Below, in pieces: positions 20,582-32,300 of a DNA stretch of 51,145 nt (the first letter of the stretch is position 1; each line of letters opens with the position of its first letter). Made by a program: the position numbers and the translations under genes. Under the pieces are notes generated by a model. The model was given only the letters and a program-made list of their open reading frames with translations. It was not told the origin of the DNA and searched no databases. Location of the stretch: positions 1-51,145 of the forward strand of contig JBFJHJ010000023.1 in the NCBI GenBank assembly GCA_041613315.1, written 5' to 3'. Origin of the DNA: Gemmatimonadales bacterium. GTDB lineage: Bacteria; Gemmatimonadota; Gemmatimonadetes; Gemmatimonadales; GWC2-71-9.

Positions 20582-20593
20582 CGAACCCCCGTT

Positions 20594-21787
20594 TTACGCC
20601 CCCACCGCGTTGATCATGTCGAAGATCGGCAGGTACATGGCGACGATCATGCCGCCGACCACCACGCCGAGGACGACGATCATCACGGGCTCCATGAGGG
20701 AGAGGAGCGTGCTCACCGCGGCGTCCACCTCATCGTCGTAGAAGTCGGCGATCTTGGTGAGCATCTCATCCAGGCCGCCGGTGGCCTCGCCGACCGCGAT
20801 CATGGACGTCACCATCGGCGGGAACACCTTTGATTTCTCCAGCGGCTCGGCGATCGTCTCACCGCCCGCGATCGAGCCGCGGGACTCCATCACGGCGTCG
20901 TGGATCACCCGGTTGCCGGCGGTGCGTGCCGTGATCTCGAGACCGTCGAGGATCGACACACCGGAGGCCAGCAGCGTTCCCAGCGTCCGCGTGAACCGCG
21001 ACACGGCGGATTTCCGCAGCACGTCGCCGAGGACGGGCAGCTTCAGCAAAGTGCGGTCGATCACGAGCTTGCCGCCGTCGGTGGCATAGTACTGTCGCGT
21101 GAGCAGGGCGGTGCCGAAGCCGGCCGCGATGAGCGCCCACCAATAGGCCTGGAGGAACACGCTGAGACCGATCACCACGCGCGTGGGGAGCGGCAGCTCC
21201 AGATTCACCGACGCGAACATCTGTTCGAAGGTCGGAATCACGAAAATGAGGAGCACGACGATCGCGATGATCGCCACCGAGAAGATGACGGCCGGGTAGA
21301 CCATCGCGCCTTTCACCTTGCGCACGATGGCGTCGTTCTTCTCCAGGAACACGGCCAGGCGGAGCAGAATCGTATCGAGAATACCGCCCGCCTCACCGGC
21401 CGCGACCATGTTGACGTAGAGCGCGGAGAAGGCGTTGCGATGTTTGTCCAGCGCGTCCGCCAGCGTGTTGCCGCTCTCGACGTCGTACACCACCTGCTTG
21501 GTCACCTCGGCCAAGATCTGGTTCTCGGTCTGCTTAGCGAGAATGTCCAGGGCCTGCACCAGCGGGAGGCCCGCATTGATCATGGTGGCGAACTGCCGCG
21601 TGAACACGACGATGTCCCGCGTCGGGATGCGCCCTCGCTTCTTGGCGCGCCGCTTTTCCCGAACGCGGACGACGACCATCCGGTTCTTGCGGAGGTGATC
21701 GCGCACCGCGTCGATGGACGGGAGGTCGAGCGTCCCCGTCGTCTCGTTACCTGTCGCCGTGCGCGCCGTGTATTCGAACGTTGGCAT
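20594..21787 (-). CDS. pilC: Type IV pilus inner-membrane platform protein
   Basis: Two T2SSF domains: FTRQFATMINAGLPL, GEAGGILD, AMVYP, FTRTLGTLLASGV, MYLPIF. Confidence 0.96.
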   Translation of the reverse strand: MPTFEYTARTATGNETTGTLDLPSIDAVRDHLRKNRMVVVRVREKRRAKKRGRIPTRDIVVFTRQFATMINAGLPLVQALDILAKQTENQILAEVTKQVVYDVESGNTLADALDKHRNAFSALYVNMVAAGEAGGILDTILLRLAVFLEKNDAIVRKVKGAMVYPAVIFSVAIIAIVVLLIFVIPTFEQMFASVNLELPLPTRVVIGLSVFLQAYWWALIAAGFGTALLTRQYYATDGGKLVIDRTLLKLPVLGDVLRKSAVSRFTRTLGTLLASGVSILDGLEITARTAGNRVIHDAVMESRGSIAGGETIAEPLEKSKVFPPMVTSMIAVGEATGGLDEMLTKIADFYDDEVDAAVSTLLSLMEPVMIVVLGVVVGGMIVAMYLPIFDMINAVGA

Positions 21788-21805
21788 AAAGTCGCTCTCC
21801 GTTGC

Positions 21806-22969
21806 TTACCGCCGGCCGGCCGCCGCGGCCCGCGGGCCGGGGGGCGCGTCTTCCGCCGGGACATCCTCGCCGATCATGCGGAGGAACTCATTCTGATCCG
21901 ACACCACCCGCAGACACTCCTCGAGCCCGACCTCGCGGGCCATGTACAGCTGATACAACGCGTCCGCCAGCGTCTGCATGCCGTGCTTCTTGCCGGCCTG
22001 CATCGCCGAATAGATCTGGTGCACCTTGTCGTCGCGGATGAGCGCGCGGATCGCGGGCGTCGCGACCATGATCTCACAGGCGACGACCCGACCCTTGCCG
22101 CCGCTCTTCTGGAGCAGCGTCTGGGTACACACGCCTTCCAGCACGAAGGCGAGCTGCGCACGGACCTGCGACTGCTGGTGCGACGGGAAGACGTCGATGA
22201 TCCGGTTGATCGCTTCGGCCGCGGAGTTCGTGTGGAGCGTCGCGAACGCCAGATGGCCGGTCTCCGCGATCGTCAGCGCCGCCTGAATCGTCTCCAGATC
22301 CCGCATCTCACCGATCAACACGATGTCGGGATCCTGCCGTAACGCGTACTTGAGCGCCGTGGCGAACGACCGCGTGTCGGTCCCCACCTCGCGTTGGTTG
22401 ACGATGCAGCCCTGGTGCCGGTGGATGAACTCGATGGGATCCTCCACCGTAATGATATGCCCCTTCCGCTCCCGGTTGATCTTGTCGATCATCGCGGCGA
22501 GCGTCGTGGACTTCCCGGACCCTGTCGGACCGGTCACGAGGACGAGCCCCCTGGGCCGCTCCGCCATCTTCTTGAGCACCTGCGGGATGCCCAGCTCGTC
22601 GAACGTGCGCACGCTGAACGGGATCTGCCGGATCACCATCGACACGCAGCCGCGCTGCTTGAAGCAGTTGCCGCGGAACCGCGCCAGGTTCTGAATCCCG
22701 AAGGAGAAGTCCAGCTCGTCCTCCGTCTCGAACCGCTTCTTCTGGTTCTCGGTGAGCACCGAGTAGGCCAGCTGGAGCGTGTCCTTCGGCGAGAGCTCCT
22801 GCTCGACGTGCGAATCGACGATGTCACCGTCGACCCGGAGCTTGGGACGCTCGCCCGCGGTCACGTGCAGGTCCGAAGCGTCCCGCTCGATCATCTCCTC
22901 GAGCAGGGCACGCAAGTTGACGCCCGTGGGGCGGGTTTTCTGCGTTTGTGGCGCCGGGCCTCCCGTCAT
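21806..22969 (-). CDS. pilT: Type IV pilus retraction ATPase
   Basis: GPTGSGKSTT, EDPIEF, LRQDPD, GEMRD, AETGH, TLHTN, AIRALIR motif, GMQT. Confidence 0.96.
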   Translation of the reverse strand: MTGGPAPQTQKTRPTGVNLRALLEEMIERDASDLHVTAGERPKLRVDGDIVDSHVEQELSPKDTLQLAYSVLTENQKKRFETEDELDFSFGIQNLARFRGNCFKQRGCVSMVIRQIPFSVRTFDELGIPQVLKKMAERPRGLVLVTGPTGSGKSTTLAAMIDKINRERKGHIITVEDPIEFIHRHQGCIVNQREVGTDTRSFATALKYALRQDPDIVLIGEMRDLETIQAALTIAETGHLAFATLHTNSAAEAINRIIDVFPSHQQSQVRAQLAFVLEGVCTQTLLQKSGGKGRVVACEIMVATPAIRALIRDDKVHQIYSAMQAGKKHGMQTLADALYQLYMAREVGLEECLRVVSDQNEFLRMIGEDVPAEDAPPGPRAAAAGRR

Positions 22970-22976
22970 GTCGTCA

Positions 22977-24686
22977 TCATCCGGCCGTTTCCTTCACGAC
23001 CTCTTCGAGGGTGGTGATCCCCTTGCGGATCTTCATCATGCCGTCCATGCGGAGCGTGAGCATACCTTCCTTGACCGCCTGCTCCTGGAGGTCGGCGGCG
23101 GACGCGCCGCGCAGGATCATGCGACGCAGCTCCGGCGAGAGCGCCATCACCTCATACAGCCCTTGGCGTCCCTTGTACCCGGTCCCGCTGCACTGATCGC
23201 ACCCCGCGCCACGGTAGAACGTGATGTCCTTCGCGTCTTGCCCCGAGACGCCGAGCGCGGCGCGCTCCTCCTCGTCGTAGTCGACCTCTTCCTTGCAATT
23301 GCTGCAGATGCGCCGCACCAGGCGCTGGGCTGCGATGAGATTCACGGCGCTCGCGACATTGAAAGGCTCGATGCCCATGTCGATCATACGCGTGATCGTG
23401 GACGGTGCGTCGTTCGTGTGCAGCGTCGACAGCACGAGGTGGCCGGTGAGCGCCGCCTTGATGGCGATGCCCCCGGTCTCGATGTCTCGGATCTCTCCCA
23501 CCATGATGATGTTCGGGTCCTGCCGCAGAAACGCTTTCAGCGCCGCGGCGAAGGTCATCCCGATCTCGTTGCGCACGAGGACCTGGTTGATCCCGTGGAT
23601 GTTGTACTCCACGGGATCCTCGGCCGTCATGATGTTCACTTCCTCGGTGTTGATCCGCGACAACGCCGAATACAGGGTCGTCGTCTTCCCGGAGCCGGTG
23701 GGCCCGGTGACCAACACCATCCCATACGGATTCAAGATGGCGCGTAGCAGGTCCTTCTCCGACTTCGGCTCGAATCCGAATTTCTGGAGGTCGAGCGTCA
23801 GGTTCCCCTTATCGAGGATTCGGAGCACGATCTTCTCGCCGAAGATCACCGGGAGCGTCGAGACCCGGAAGTCGATCACCTTGCGCCCCATCTTGAGCTT
23901 GATCCGCCCGTCCTGCGGCACCCGGCGCTCGGCGATGTTCAGGTTCGACATGATCTTGACCCGGCTCGTGAGCGCCGCCTTCAACTTGATGGGCGGCTTC
24001 ATGATCTCCAGCAGCGACCCGTCGATCCGGTAGCGTACCCGAATCTCCTTCTCGAACGGCTCGATGTGGATGTCGCTCGCCCCCCGGCGCACCGCGTCGG
24101 TCAGCACGCCGTTGATCAGCTTCACCACCGGCGCGTCGTCGACCAGCTGCCCGGCCGCGACCTCATCGTCCTCGTGCTCCTCGAGGACCTCGAGATCCTC
24201 CTCTTCCTCGATGTCCCTGAGGATCACCTGTAGCTGGGCGTCGGTCTGCTCGTAGTATCGCTCGATCGCATGGCGCAGCGTGAACTCGCCCGCGATCACC
24301 GGAAAGATGTCGTACCGCGTGATGAACTTGAGATCGTCGAGCACCGTGACGTTGGTAGGATCGGCCATCGCCACCGTGAGCGTGCGTCCCTCGCGCTTGA
24401 GCGGGAGCACGTGGTGCTTGAGCGCCACATCGGGCGTGATCAGCTTGATGATCTTGGGATCGACCTCGAACCGGGACAGGTCCACGGCCGGCACGCGATA
24501 CTGCCGGGCCAGCATCTTGGTGATCTCGAGCTCCTGAATGAGCCCCAGCTTCACCAGGGTGTAGCCCAGCCGCATGCCGGACTGCCGCTGTTCCAGGAGC
24601 GCCTGCTGCAGCTGCTCCCGGGTGATCAGCCCCTCGCGAACGAGGATGTCGCCGAGCCTATCGGCGCTGGCTGCGGCGGTCGCCAT
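22977..24686 (-). CDS. pilB: Type IV pilus extension ATPase
   Basis: N-terminal MshEN-like RLGDILV..GLI motif, ASDIHIEP, GPTGSGKTT, tetracysteine CSNC/CDQC, GRQGLYE. Confidence 0.96.
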   Translation of the reverse strand: MATAAASADRLGDILVREGLITREQLQQALLEQRQSGMRLGYTLVKLGLIQELEITKMLARQYRVPAVDLSRFEVDPKIIKLITPDVALKHHVLPLKREGRTLTVAMADPTNVTVLDDLKFITRYDIFPVIAGEFTLRHAIERYYEQTDAQLQVILRDIEEEEDLEVLEEHEDDEVAAGQLVDDAPVVKLINGVLTDAVRRGASDIHIEPFEKEIRVRYRIDGSLLEIMKPPIKLKAALTSRVKIMSNLNIAERRVPQDGRIKLKMGRKVIDFRVSTLPVIFGEKIVLRILDKGNLTLDLQKFGFEPKSEKDLLRAILNPYGMVLVTGPTGSGKTTTLYSALSRINTEEVNIMTAEDPVEYNIHGINQVLVRNEIGMTFAAALKAFLRQDPNIIMVGEIRDIETGGIAIKAALTGHLVLSTLHTNDAPSTITRMIDMGIEPFNVASAVNLIAAQRLVRRICSNCKEEVDYDEEERAALGVSGQDAKDITFYRGAGCDQCSGTGYKGRQGLYEVMALSPELRRMILRGASAADLQEQAVKEGMLTLRMDGMMKIRKGITTLEEVVKETAG

Positions 24687-24761
24687 GGTGTTGGAAGAAC
24701 GGTCGGAAGTCGCTCAAATGCTTGTCTCGCAACGAGTAAAGTTCCGGCACCAGGGGGCGCG

Positions 24762-25382
24762 TCACGGCACGCGCACGAGATCGCGGAGCCGCTCGACGGT
24801 TTCCCGGCCGATCCCGCGCACGCGCATGAGATCGTCCACCCGCCGATACGGTCCACGCCGCTGCCGGTCCTCGACTATCGCGCGAGCCCGACGCGGTCCG
24901 AGGCCGGGAAGTTGCTGCAACTCGTTTTCGGTTGCTGTGTTAAGGCTCACAATCGCGGCAAGAGGCGCCGAATGCATCGGCGCGGACGGCCGACTCGAGA
25001 ACGCCGCGTGCGGCCGCACGGCCTCGAGCACCGCCGGTCCGATGCCGGCGACGCGGTCCAACGCCTCGAGCGAGCCGAACGGGCCGCGGGCGTCGCGATC
25101 GGCGACGATCCGCGCCGCCAGAGCCGGCCCGATCCGGGGCAGCCGCAGCAGCTCTTCGGCGGGCGCCCGATCGAGGTCGATGCGCTCCCCCCGCCCCAAG
25201 GGACGCGCCAGGCGCGCGGCGCGGGCCGCCACCGAATCGTGGGTCGGTCGCCCGTCGGCCGCGGGGCGATACGCGATCTCGCCCGGCGGCGCCGAAGGGC
25301 TGAGCACCACACGCGCGGCCAGGCCCGCGGCCGCAACGAGAACGAGCCAGACCGCCGCCCGGCGGTCGGACGCGGACACCAT
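24762..25382 (-). CDS. comEA: ComEA-family DNA-binding protein with two helix-hairpin-helix modules
   Basis: N-terminal TM, IDLDRA..EELLRLPRIGPALA.RIV, SLNTATENELQQLPGLGP, VRGIG. Confidence 0.88.
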   Translation of the reverse strand: MVSASDRRAAVWLVLVAAAGLAARVVLSPSAPPGEIAYRPAADGRPTHDSVAARAARLARPLGRGERIDLDRAPAEELLRLPRIGPALAARIVADRDARGPFGSLEALDRVAGIGPAVLEAVRPHAAFSSRPSAPMHSAPLAAIVSLNTATENELQQLPGLGPRRARAIVEDRQRRGPYRRVDDLMRVRGIGRETVERLRDLVRVP

Positions 25383-25459
25383 GCGTCACGGTGACGCGTC
25401 GCGCCGGACCGCGCCTAGGCATTCGCGCGCGCACGGGCGTCAGAGATTGCGATGACGGC

Positions 25460-26383
25460 TCACCGCTCGCCGCCCCCCATCCGCCGGATGAGCGCCATCG
25501 CCACGTCGCCCACCCACTGAAGGCTCTCGGCGCTCACCTTGTCGATCGTGTCGTCCGTCGTGTGCCACCAGGCGTTGCTGGGCCCGTAGTCGAAGTCGAT
25601 CACGTCGATCGCCCGGACACCGACGTCCAGCAGCGGCAGGTGGTCGTCGCTGATCATGTGACGTACGTCGTCGCGGAACGCGCGGCCGTACCCGAGCTCG
25701 TCGGCGACGCTCCACACCCGTCGCACCACCTCGGGCGCTCGCGTTACCGAATGCTGTTCCTGGTAGATCTCCAGATCCCGGTCGCCCACCATGTCCCACA
25801 CGACGCCGAAGAGCGGGAGGCGGGACCGATCGAGCCGGCTCGCGTAGTGGCGCGACCCCAGGAACACGTCGCGATCCGCCCCGAAATCGCCGTAGTCCTC
25901 GCCGTCCACGAACAGCAGATCGACGCCCACGCCGGGCGGACGGCGGTGCAGGGCATCCGCCACCCCGAGCAGCAGTGCCACGCCGGACGCGCCGTCGTTC
26001 GCACCCGGCACGGGGCGCCGCTGCTGCGCCACATTGCGGCTCTGATCGGCGACGGGACGCGTGTCCCAGTGCGCGACGTAGAGAATGCGTTCCGCCAGCG
26101 CCGGCTGGAATCGGCCGATGAAGTTGCGCAGCTGCAGGGTGTCGCCCGCGGCGGCCACATGCGTGAAGGCCTGCACCTCGACCGAGTCGGCCGTCTCGCG
26201 CAGCCGGCGAAGGATCCAGTCGCCGGCTGCCCGGTGACCGTCCGTGTTCGGGATACGAGGCCCGAAGTCGAGCTGCGTCCGGACCGATTCGAGCGCCGCC
26301 TGCCCGTCGAATTCGCGCTCGATCGGGCCGCCGGCGCCACATGCGAGGACGGCGAGGAGCACGGCGCCCACGAGGGTTCTCAT
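25460..26383 (-). CDS. M28-family lipoprotein, glutaminyl-peptide cyclotransferase-like
   Basis: Lipobox VLA-C. Motifs AHWDTR, GANDGASG, DGEDYG, DMVG, DDHLP, WWHT..DT. Starts 1 nt after the sprA-like stop. Confidence 0.8.
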   Translation of the reverse strand: MRTLVGAVLLAVLACGAGGPIEREFDGQAALESVRTQLDFGPRIPNTDGHRAAGDWILRRLRETADSVEVQAFTHVAAAGDTLQLRNFIGRFQPALAERILYVAHWDTRPVADQSRNVAQQRRPVPGANDGASGVALLLGVADALHRRPPGVGVDLLFVDGEDYGDFGADRDVFLGSRHYASRLDRSRLPLFGVVWDMVGDRDLEIYQEQHSVTRAPEVVRRVWSVADELGYGRAFRDDVRHMISDDHLPLLDVGVRAIDVIDFDYGPSNAWWHTTDDTIDKVSAESLQWVGDVAMALIRRMGGGER

Positions 26384-26384
26384 C

Positions 26385-29300
26385 TCACAACTGTCCCGCG
26401 AAGAGGTTGATGTCGGCGAAGATGGTGAACACGATCTGCGACAGTTTTTGCGACGTGTGCCGCTGGTCGGTGAGCACATAGCTGAAGGTGAGCCCCCCGC
26501 GCACCGATTCCGAGAACCCCGTGTCGGTGCGGACGTCGAATTGCTGCCGTCGGCTGTCCGATACGGTGCGGCATTCGCCCGACCCGACCCGCACCAGGCA
26601 GACGGCGCGCTCCGACGAGCTGAATCCGAGGGTCGTCTGAAGCCGCCCCCGCAGCCGCACCAAACTGGCCGGCGGTCGGAACGCGAAGCTGGCGCTGGCT
26701 CCCCAATTCTCCTGCTCGCTCCGCGTCACGTTTCCGGCCGTCACCGCGTCGCTCGTCGCCCGCGAGTATTGCGCCGCGGTCGTGACACCCATCGCCCACG
26801 TGAGCGACACCGAGGGCGCGATCAAGACGGCGTCCGTTTCCGTCACGACCGCGGCCCCCGGAGCCGCCGTTCCCGCGGACCCCGGGGTCCGCAGTACGCT
26901 CGACGTGGACGACTCGCGGTACTGTGTCTGCGCCGACAACGCCGAGATCACCGAGCGCAGGGCGGACCGCGGCGTGTAGACCCAGGAGAAGGCGAGGGAT
27001 GGCCACTCCCGGCTCGTCTGGGCGAACTCGATCTGCGCGTCTCCCCGGCGCGCCCACCAGGTGTTGCGGAGATCCCGGTATTGCACCCGGAGTTGCGCCC
27101 CCAACGGCAGCCGTGTGCCGCCGGTCGCGAAGATCGTCGAGGACTCGCCCGCCGACGTGGCCGGCACGCCCGCCCGAGCCCGGAAATCGTCGAGGCCGCC
27201 CAGACCGAGCTGATACCCGAGGCCCGCGTCGAACGGCGCACGGTCGAACGTCGAGCGCCGCTCGCGGGCCCAGGAGACATCGGCCGGGAGGAAGCCGCGG
27301 ACGAGGCGGGCCACGAGGCTGGAATCTCCGACGATCCCTCGCACAAGCCGCGACAGATCCACGCCGGTCCCCACCTCCCGGCGCCGGAAGTTGCTCTGCG
27401 TCTCCGGCACGCGGAACCCCCCGCCCGCGTCCGGGCCCAGGCGTACGGCATCCCGCGCATTGGGATCGCGGTACAGCGCGAATCGGGTGCTCACCCCGTA
27501 CCGCGGGCGCAGCCACGCGCTCACCACCGGGCTGACCGTCACCGACGTCGCGAACGTGCGGAGCCGCTCGAATCCGACGTTGACGCCGACCAGGGCCCCC
27601 CGCTCGGACTCCAGCAGGCGTCCGATCGTCGTCGAGTCGCCGTAGTCCTGCAGGTCGCGCACGCTCGTATAGTCCGCGCGGACGGCGAGCGTCGCGAACG
27701 GGCGGAACTCGACGCCGACGTCATTCACCCAGGTATGGACGACGCTGGGCAGCGGAGGGAGCGCGCTGTCACTCGCGAGCCGGACCGGCACGCGGAACGT
27801 GAACCGATCGGTACGGTTGTTGGTGAGCGTGGAGCTCAGGCGGACACGGTAGGGGTTGAGCCGAAGGCGGGCATTCCGCAGCGCCTTGCCGAATTCGCTG
27901 TTGCGGATGAACCCGGGGAGCGCGTCCACGAGACCCACGAGAAAGGCGGGCGCCGCCCGGATCGTCGCGGCGCCCGGCGTGAGCCCGTAGTCCGCGCGGA
28001 CCAGCCGATTGGTCGTCGCGGCTTCGGTGAGCGAGGTGACGCCCTCGGCCGTCTCGCGCCGCACCCGCACCGCCAGCGGGTCCAGCAACGTCCGGGTGAG
28101 AAACGTCTCGCCCCGCGTCGCCCGACGCAGCGACACCTCGAACGTCGTGACCCGGCCCCGGGGACGACGCAGCCCCGGCAGCGCATCGGCCCGGACGTCG
28201 GTGCGCGCCAGGTAGAACGGATCGCTGCTCGTCCGGCCATGCTGGACGCTGAACGGGACGCTCAGGCCCCACGCCGCCGGCAAGAACTTGTCGAGTCGAA
28301 TGAGCGCGCCGATCCGCGAGGCACCCTCCTCCACGTAGCTCGGGCGCTCCCCGAGCTGCCGGAAACGGTCGCCGCGGTTCGTGAACGCGAACGTGAATTC
28401 GGCCACATCGGCGGCGGCGAGCCGCACATCGAGCGCGGCGGCGACATCGGGATCGTCCACCGCGTCGCTCAACCGAATGTCACCGACCCACAGTTCCGCT
28501 TCGGTGATGGCCACCGTCGTCCCGGTCCGCAGGACCCCCGCCGCCACCTCGGAAACGCGCGCGAGGTTCGGCGGCGTCACGCCGGGGTCCCGCACCTGCA
28601 CCAGGTACGGCCCGTCGCACGCCACGAACGCGGTGGAGTCGCCGCCGCAGGCGGTGGCGCCCGATGGCGACTCGCCCCGCAACCAGGCCGCCTCCACCTG
28701 GGCGCGCAACGCGAGCCAGCGACGCAGGTCCACCACGACCTCGGGCTCCCAGCGATCGACCTGGGCAGGCGCGCGATACAGGTAGAAGTTGTGCTGGTCG
28801 CGCCCCACCTTGATGAAGAACTCGAGATCGCCCTCGTCCCAGCCGACCCCCCGGCCCCGGGCCCAGGCCCGGAGCTCCCGGTAGGCGAGAAAGTTGCGGT
28901 CCGCTTCGTCCGCAAACCGAATGAAGGCTTCGGCGCGCTCGCCGGCCCGCAGATCGCGGGCGAGCACCCGGAGCGAGCGCTCGTTCACTTGCTGCTGGCC
29001 GATCTCGAGCCCGACGCCGAAGCGGTCCGCCTGATTGAAGGCGCCCGGCGGTGAGGTGTAGCCGAGATCGGCGTTTTCCGTGCCGACGAACGAGACAACG
29101 ACCTCGCCGTGGGGCTCGCCGTCGGCGCCGCCCAGGCCGACGATGGGCGTGGCCGCGCGCTTGAGCCAGGGGGCTCCAAGCAGCCGAAGCCGGGCGAGCG
29201 CCACGAACAGCTCCTCTTCGACGGGCCCCTGGTCCGGCGCCACGACGCTCAGGCGGAGCGCCTGTACCTGTCGCAGGTTCGGCCGTCCGACTTGGAGCGT

Positions 29301-32300
29301 GTCCACCCGGAACGGGATACGGTACAGCCGCCACGTCTGCGGGCGCCCCCGCTCGTCCAGCCGGGACACGCCCTCTCGCACCAGAAACCGTGGGTCGCCG
29401 ACGGGAAACACATACCGGACCAGGTCCTCTTCCGCGCGGCCCACCGTCACGTCGAGCCGGTTGTCCCCGTCCAGGTCCTCGGTGTCGAGCTGGCCGTTGC
29501 GGCGCGTGCAGACAGCCTTGAGATCACCCCGCGGGAACACCGAGAGCCGCACGGCTTGCTCGAGATCGCACATCGGAAAGCGACGGAACACGGCTCCGGT
29601 GGTCGCTTCGACAAGGGAATCGAGGAGGTCGCCGCGGATCCCGACGTCGTCCACCAGCGCGTTGAAGACGTTGGCGAGCGTGTCCTTCTCCGTATCGAGG
29701 CGGCCCGTGCCCACGGGCCGCACCCCCGTGAACGTGGTGTCGTCTCCGAGCGCCCGGAACGCCACCGGCCCAAAGTCCACCGCGTCCTCGAACACGGTGC
29801 CGAAATCGAATAGGACAATGGCGTTCTGCCGCCGTGCGGTCTCGTCGGCGTCCTCGAGGACCCAAAACTCGAGGAACTCGATGCGGGAGAGATCCACGCC
29901 GACGCCGGAGCCGCCCCCCAGCGGCAGCGTGATGCTGCGCCAACGCGGCCCCGGCGTGTGCGGACGGAACCAGCGTGGGGCGCCGCTCCGCGGGTCCGGG
30001 GCGCCGCCGACGGTGTCGGGCTTGAGCGTCAGCCACAACACCGGCTCCACCTGGAAGCCCGCGCCGACGAGCGCGATCGTGGTGTCGATGTCCCGCGGGC
30101 CGAACTCGAGGATCCCCGTAGCGGTCTGGATGGCGTTCTGCCAGACGAGGGCGGCGGCGTCCTCCGGCGCCAACCCGCCGGCGGCGTTCACGTGGGTGGG
30201 CGGCAGCCCACGGGCCGACGACGGTGCGCTGCCGTACTGGAACCCGTCTTCCAGCAGCCGGATCGGGAACGCGGCTTCCTGCTGGAAGTCCTCGATGTAG
30301 GCGATCCCCGCCTGGTTCGGGTTGGGACGCGACACCGCGAACTCGCCGCTGATATCGAGCCGTGAGGGCACCGTCGTCGCGACGAAGGGCAGGCCGTCCA
30401 GCAGTCGGGTGAGCGCGTCGGCGCGGAACTGGAGCGTCGTGCTCACGCCGCCAATCAGACTCGACTGCGGCTCGAACCCGAGTTGGGGCCGCGTGAAGCT
30501 CGTGCGGTCGCGCTGCAACAGGCCGATCGCGTTGATCTCCCCCTGGTGGCCCAGGCGGTAGGTCGCCGCGAGGCCGAAGATGCTCTTCGGTGCGAGGTCG
30601 AACAGCTGGTTCTCTTCGAACTGCACGCGGACGGCCGTGGGTCCGAAAAACAGCGCATCGGGATCGAGGAAGCGGACGCGGCCGAGCTCGTAGTCGATGG
30701 TGTAGTCGCGGCCGCGCTCCAGACGGCGGTCGCCGATGAACAGCTGCTCGCTCCCGCCCCGAAGCTGAAAGGCGCCAAGGCTCAGCGTGGTGCGGTCTCC
30801 GGCGCCGGTCGCGTCGTAGTGGAGTCGCAGGGCGAACGTGGGCGGCGGGCCTTGCGTGCGCAGCAGGTTCGTGGGTGTGCGATAGAGCGAGTCGTTGCGC
30901 TCCCCGGGCAGCAGCCGCGTCGCGTCGGCAAACGGCGTCAGGTGGGGGAACACGACGAAGAGATCGCGGATCGGCGCGCCGTCGTTCGGGTCCCGCGGGC
31001 GCGGAAAGACGCGATTGAACTCATCGAGGGTGGAGGGATCGGTGGCGCGGGCCAGCCCCAGCCGCGAAAGGTAGGTGCCCGCGCCGGCGAGTGGTCGCTC
31101 CGAATCGTTGACCAGAATCGTCAGACCGATCGTCGGGCGATTGATGTCGCTCCCGCCGACACGATACACGTTCCGCAACTCGTGAAGGAACGTCGGCACC
31201 TCCGGACCCTCGCGCGGTTCGTGGATCAGGCGCAGGGTGTCCCCCGCCCCGTTCACCGCGGGGAACGTCCCAACCGTGTCGCCCAGCGCCGTCACGTACG
31301 AGACGGCGAGAAAGTCCTCCGTCGTGAGCCGGGTGGTGAGGGCGAACCAGACGCCGGACGGGTCGAGGTAGTAGTCCCGCCCCTCCACCAATGACTCCCA
31401 GGGAAACGGCCCCACGCGTTGCGGGCTGTCCGGTCGGACCGCCACGGCATCGATCCCGCCCAGGTTCGTATTGATGCCACCCCGGCTGTCCTGCGCCCGA
31501 AGCCGATAGACACGAACGGCCACGGGCCGCGTGTCCGGCGGCAGCGTGGAGGCATCGAAGTCGAGCACGTCCACGGCCGGATAGTCCGGCAGCACGGTGG
31601 GCGCGACGACGAAGAAGAACCGCCCGCGCTCGTAGTCGAGGTCGCGCGCCTCGAAATCGACGGGCTGCGTGGCCGTCTCACCCATCGAGAAGATGCGCGA
31701 GCGAAGCGCCGACCCCTTCTGCTGGACGACCACGGTGCGAAACTCCAGCGCCCCCACCTGCCCATGGGCCTGGACGCCGAACGAGTTCGCCGGGATCGCC
31801 GCGGTGATGAACCGCGACGGCGGGGCGTCGAAAGTGACGTTTCCCACGTCGATCCGCCGGAGCAGGTCATCCGAGCCGCCCTGGTACCACACATTCATGT
31901 TGTTGTTGGCGTCGAACTCACGCTCGCTGTCGAAGTCCACGCTCACGTGGAGCCGATCGCCCATCACGCCGCCGGTGCGCACGCGAAACTGTTGGTCGAA
32001 GGTCGGCGTGGGGAATCCGGCGCGGCAGCCGGATGCAGGATTGCTGATGTCCTGGGCCGTGCAGCGCTCGTTGCGCAGCCGGTCCACTCTCATCTCCACG
32101 TGTGCCCCCAGCTCGAGGCCAAGGTTGGCGAAATCGGCGAACGACTCGAGCGCCCCGGGCGCCTCCCGCTCGGCCAGCTCCGCGGGCCGCGGGATCACGA
32201 TCGCCGGCGCAGCGGTATCCGGCCGAGCCGGGACGAGCGCCACCGACTCGAGCAGCCGGCGGCGTGCGCGAGCGGCGCGCGATCGCCGCAGGGAGGCTTC

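Noticed and set aside
24700..24750. GGAACTT ECF-type -35 element upstream of pilB
   Set aside because: No convincing matching -10 element at 16-17 nt.
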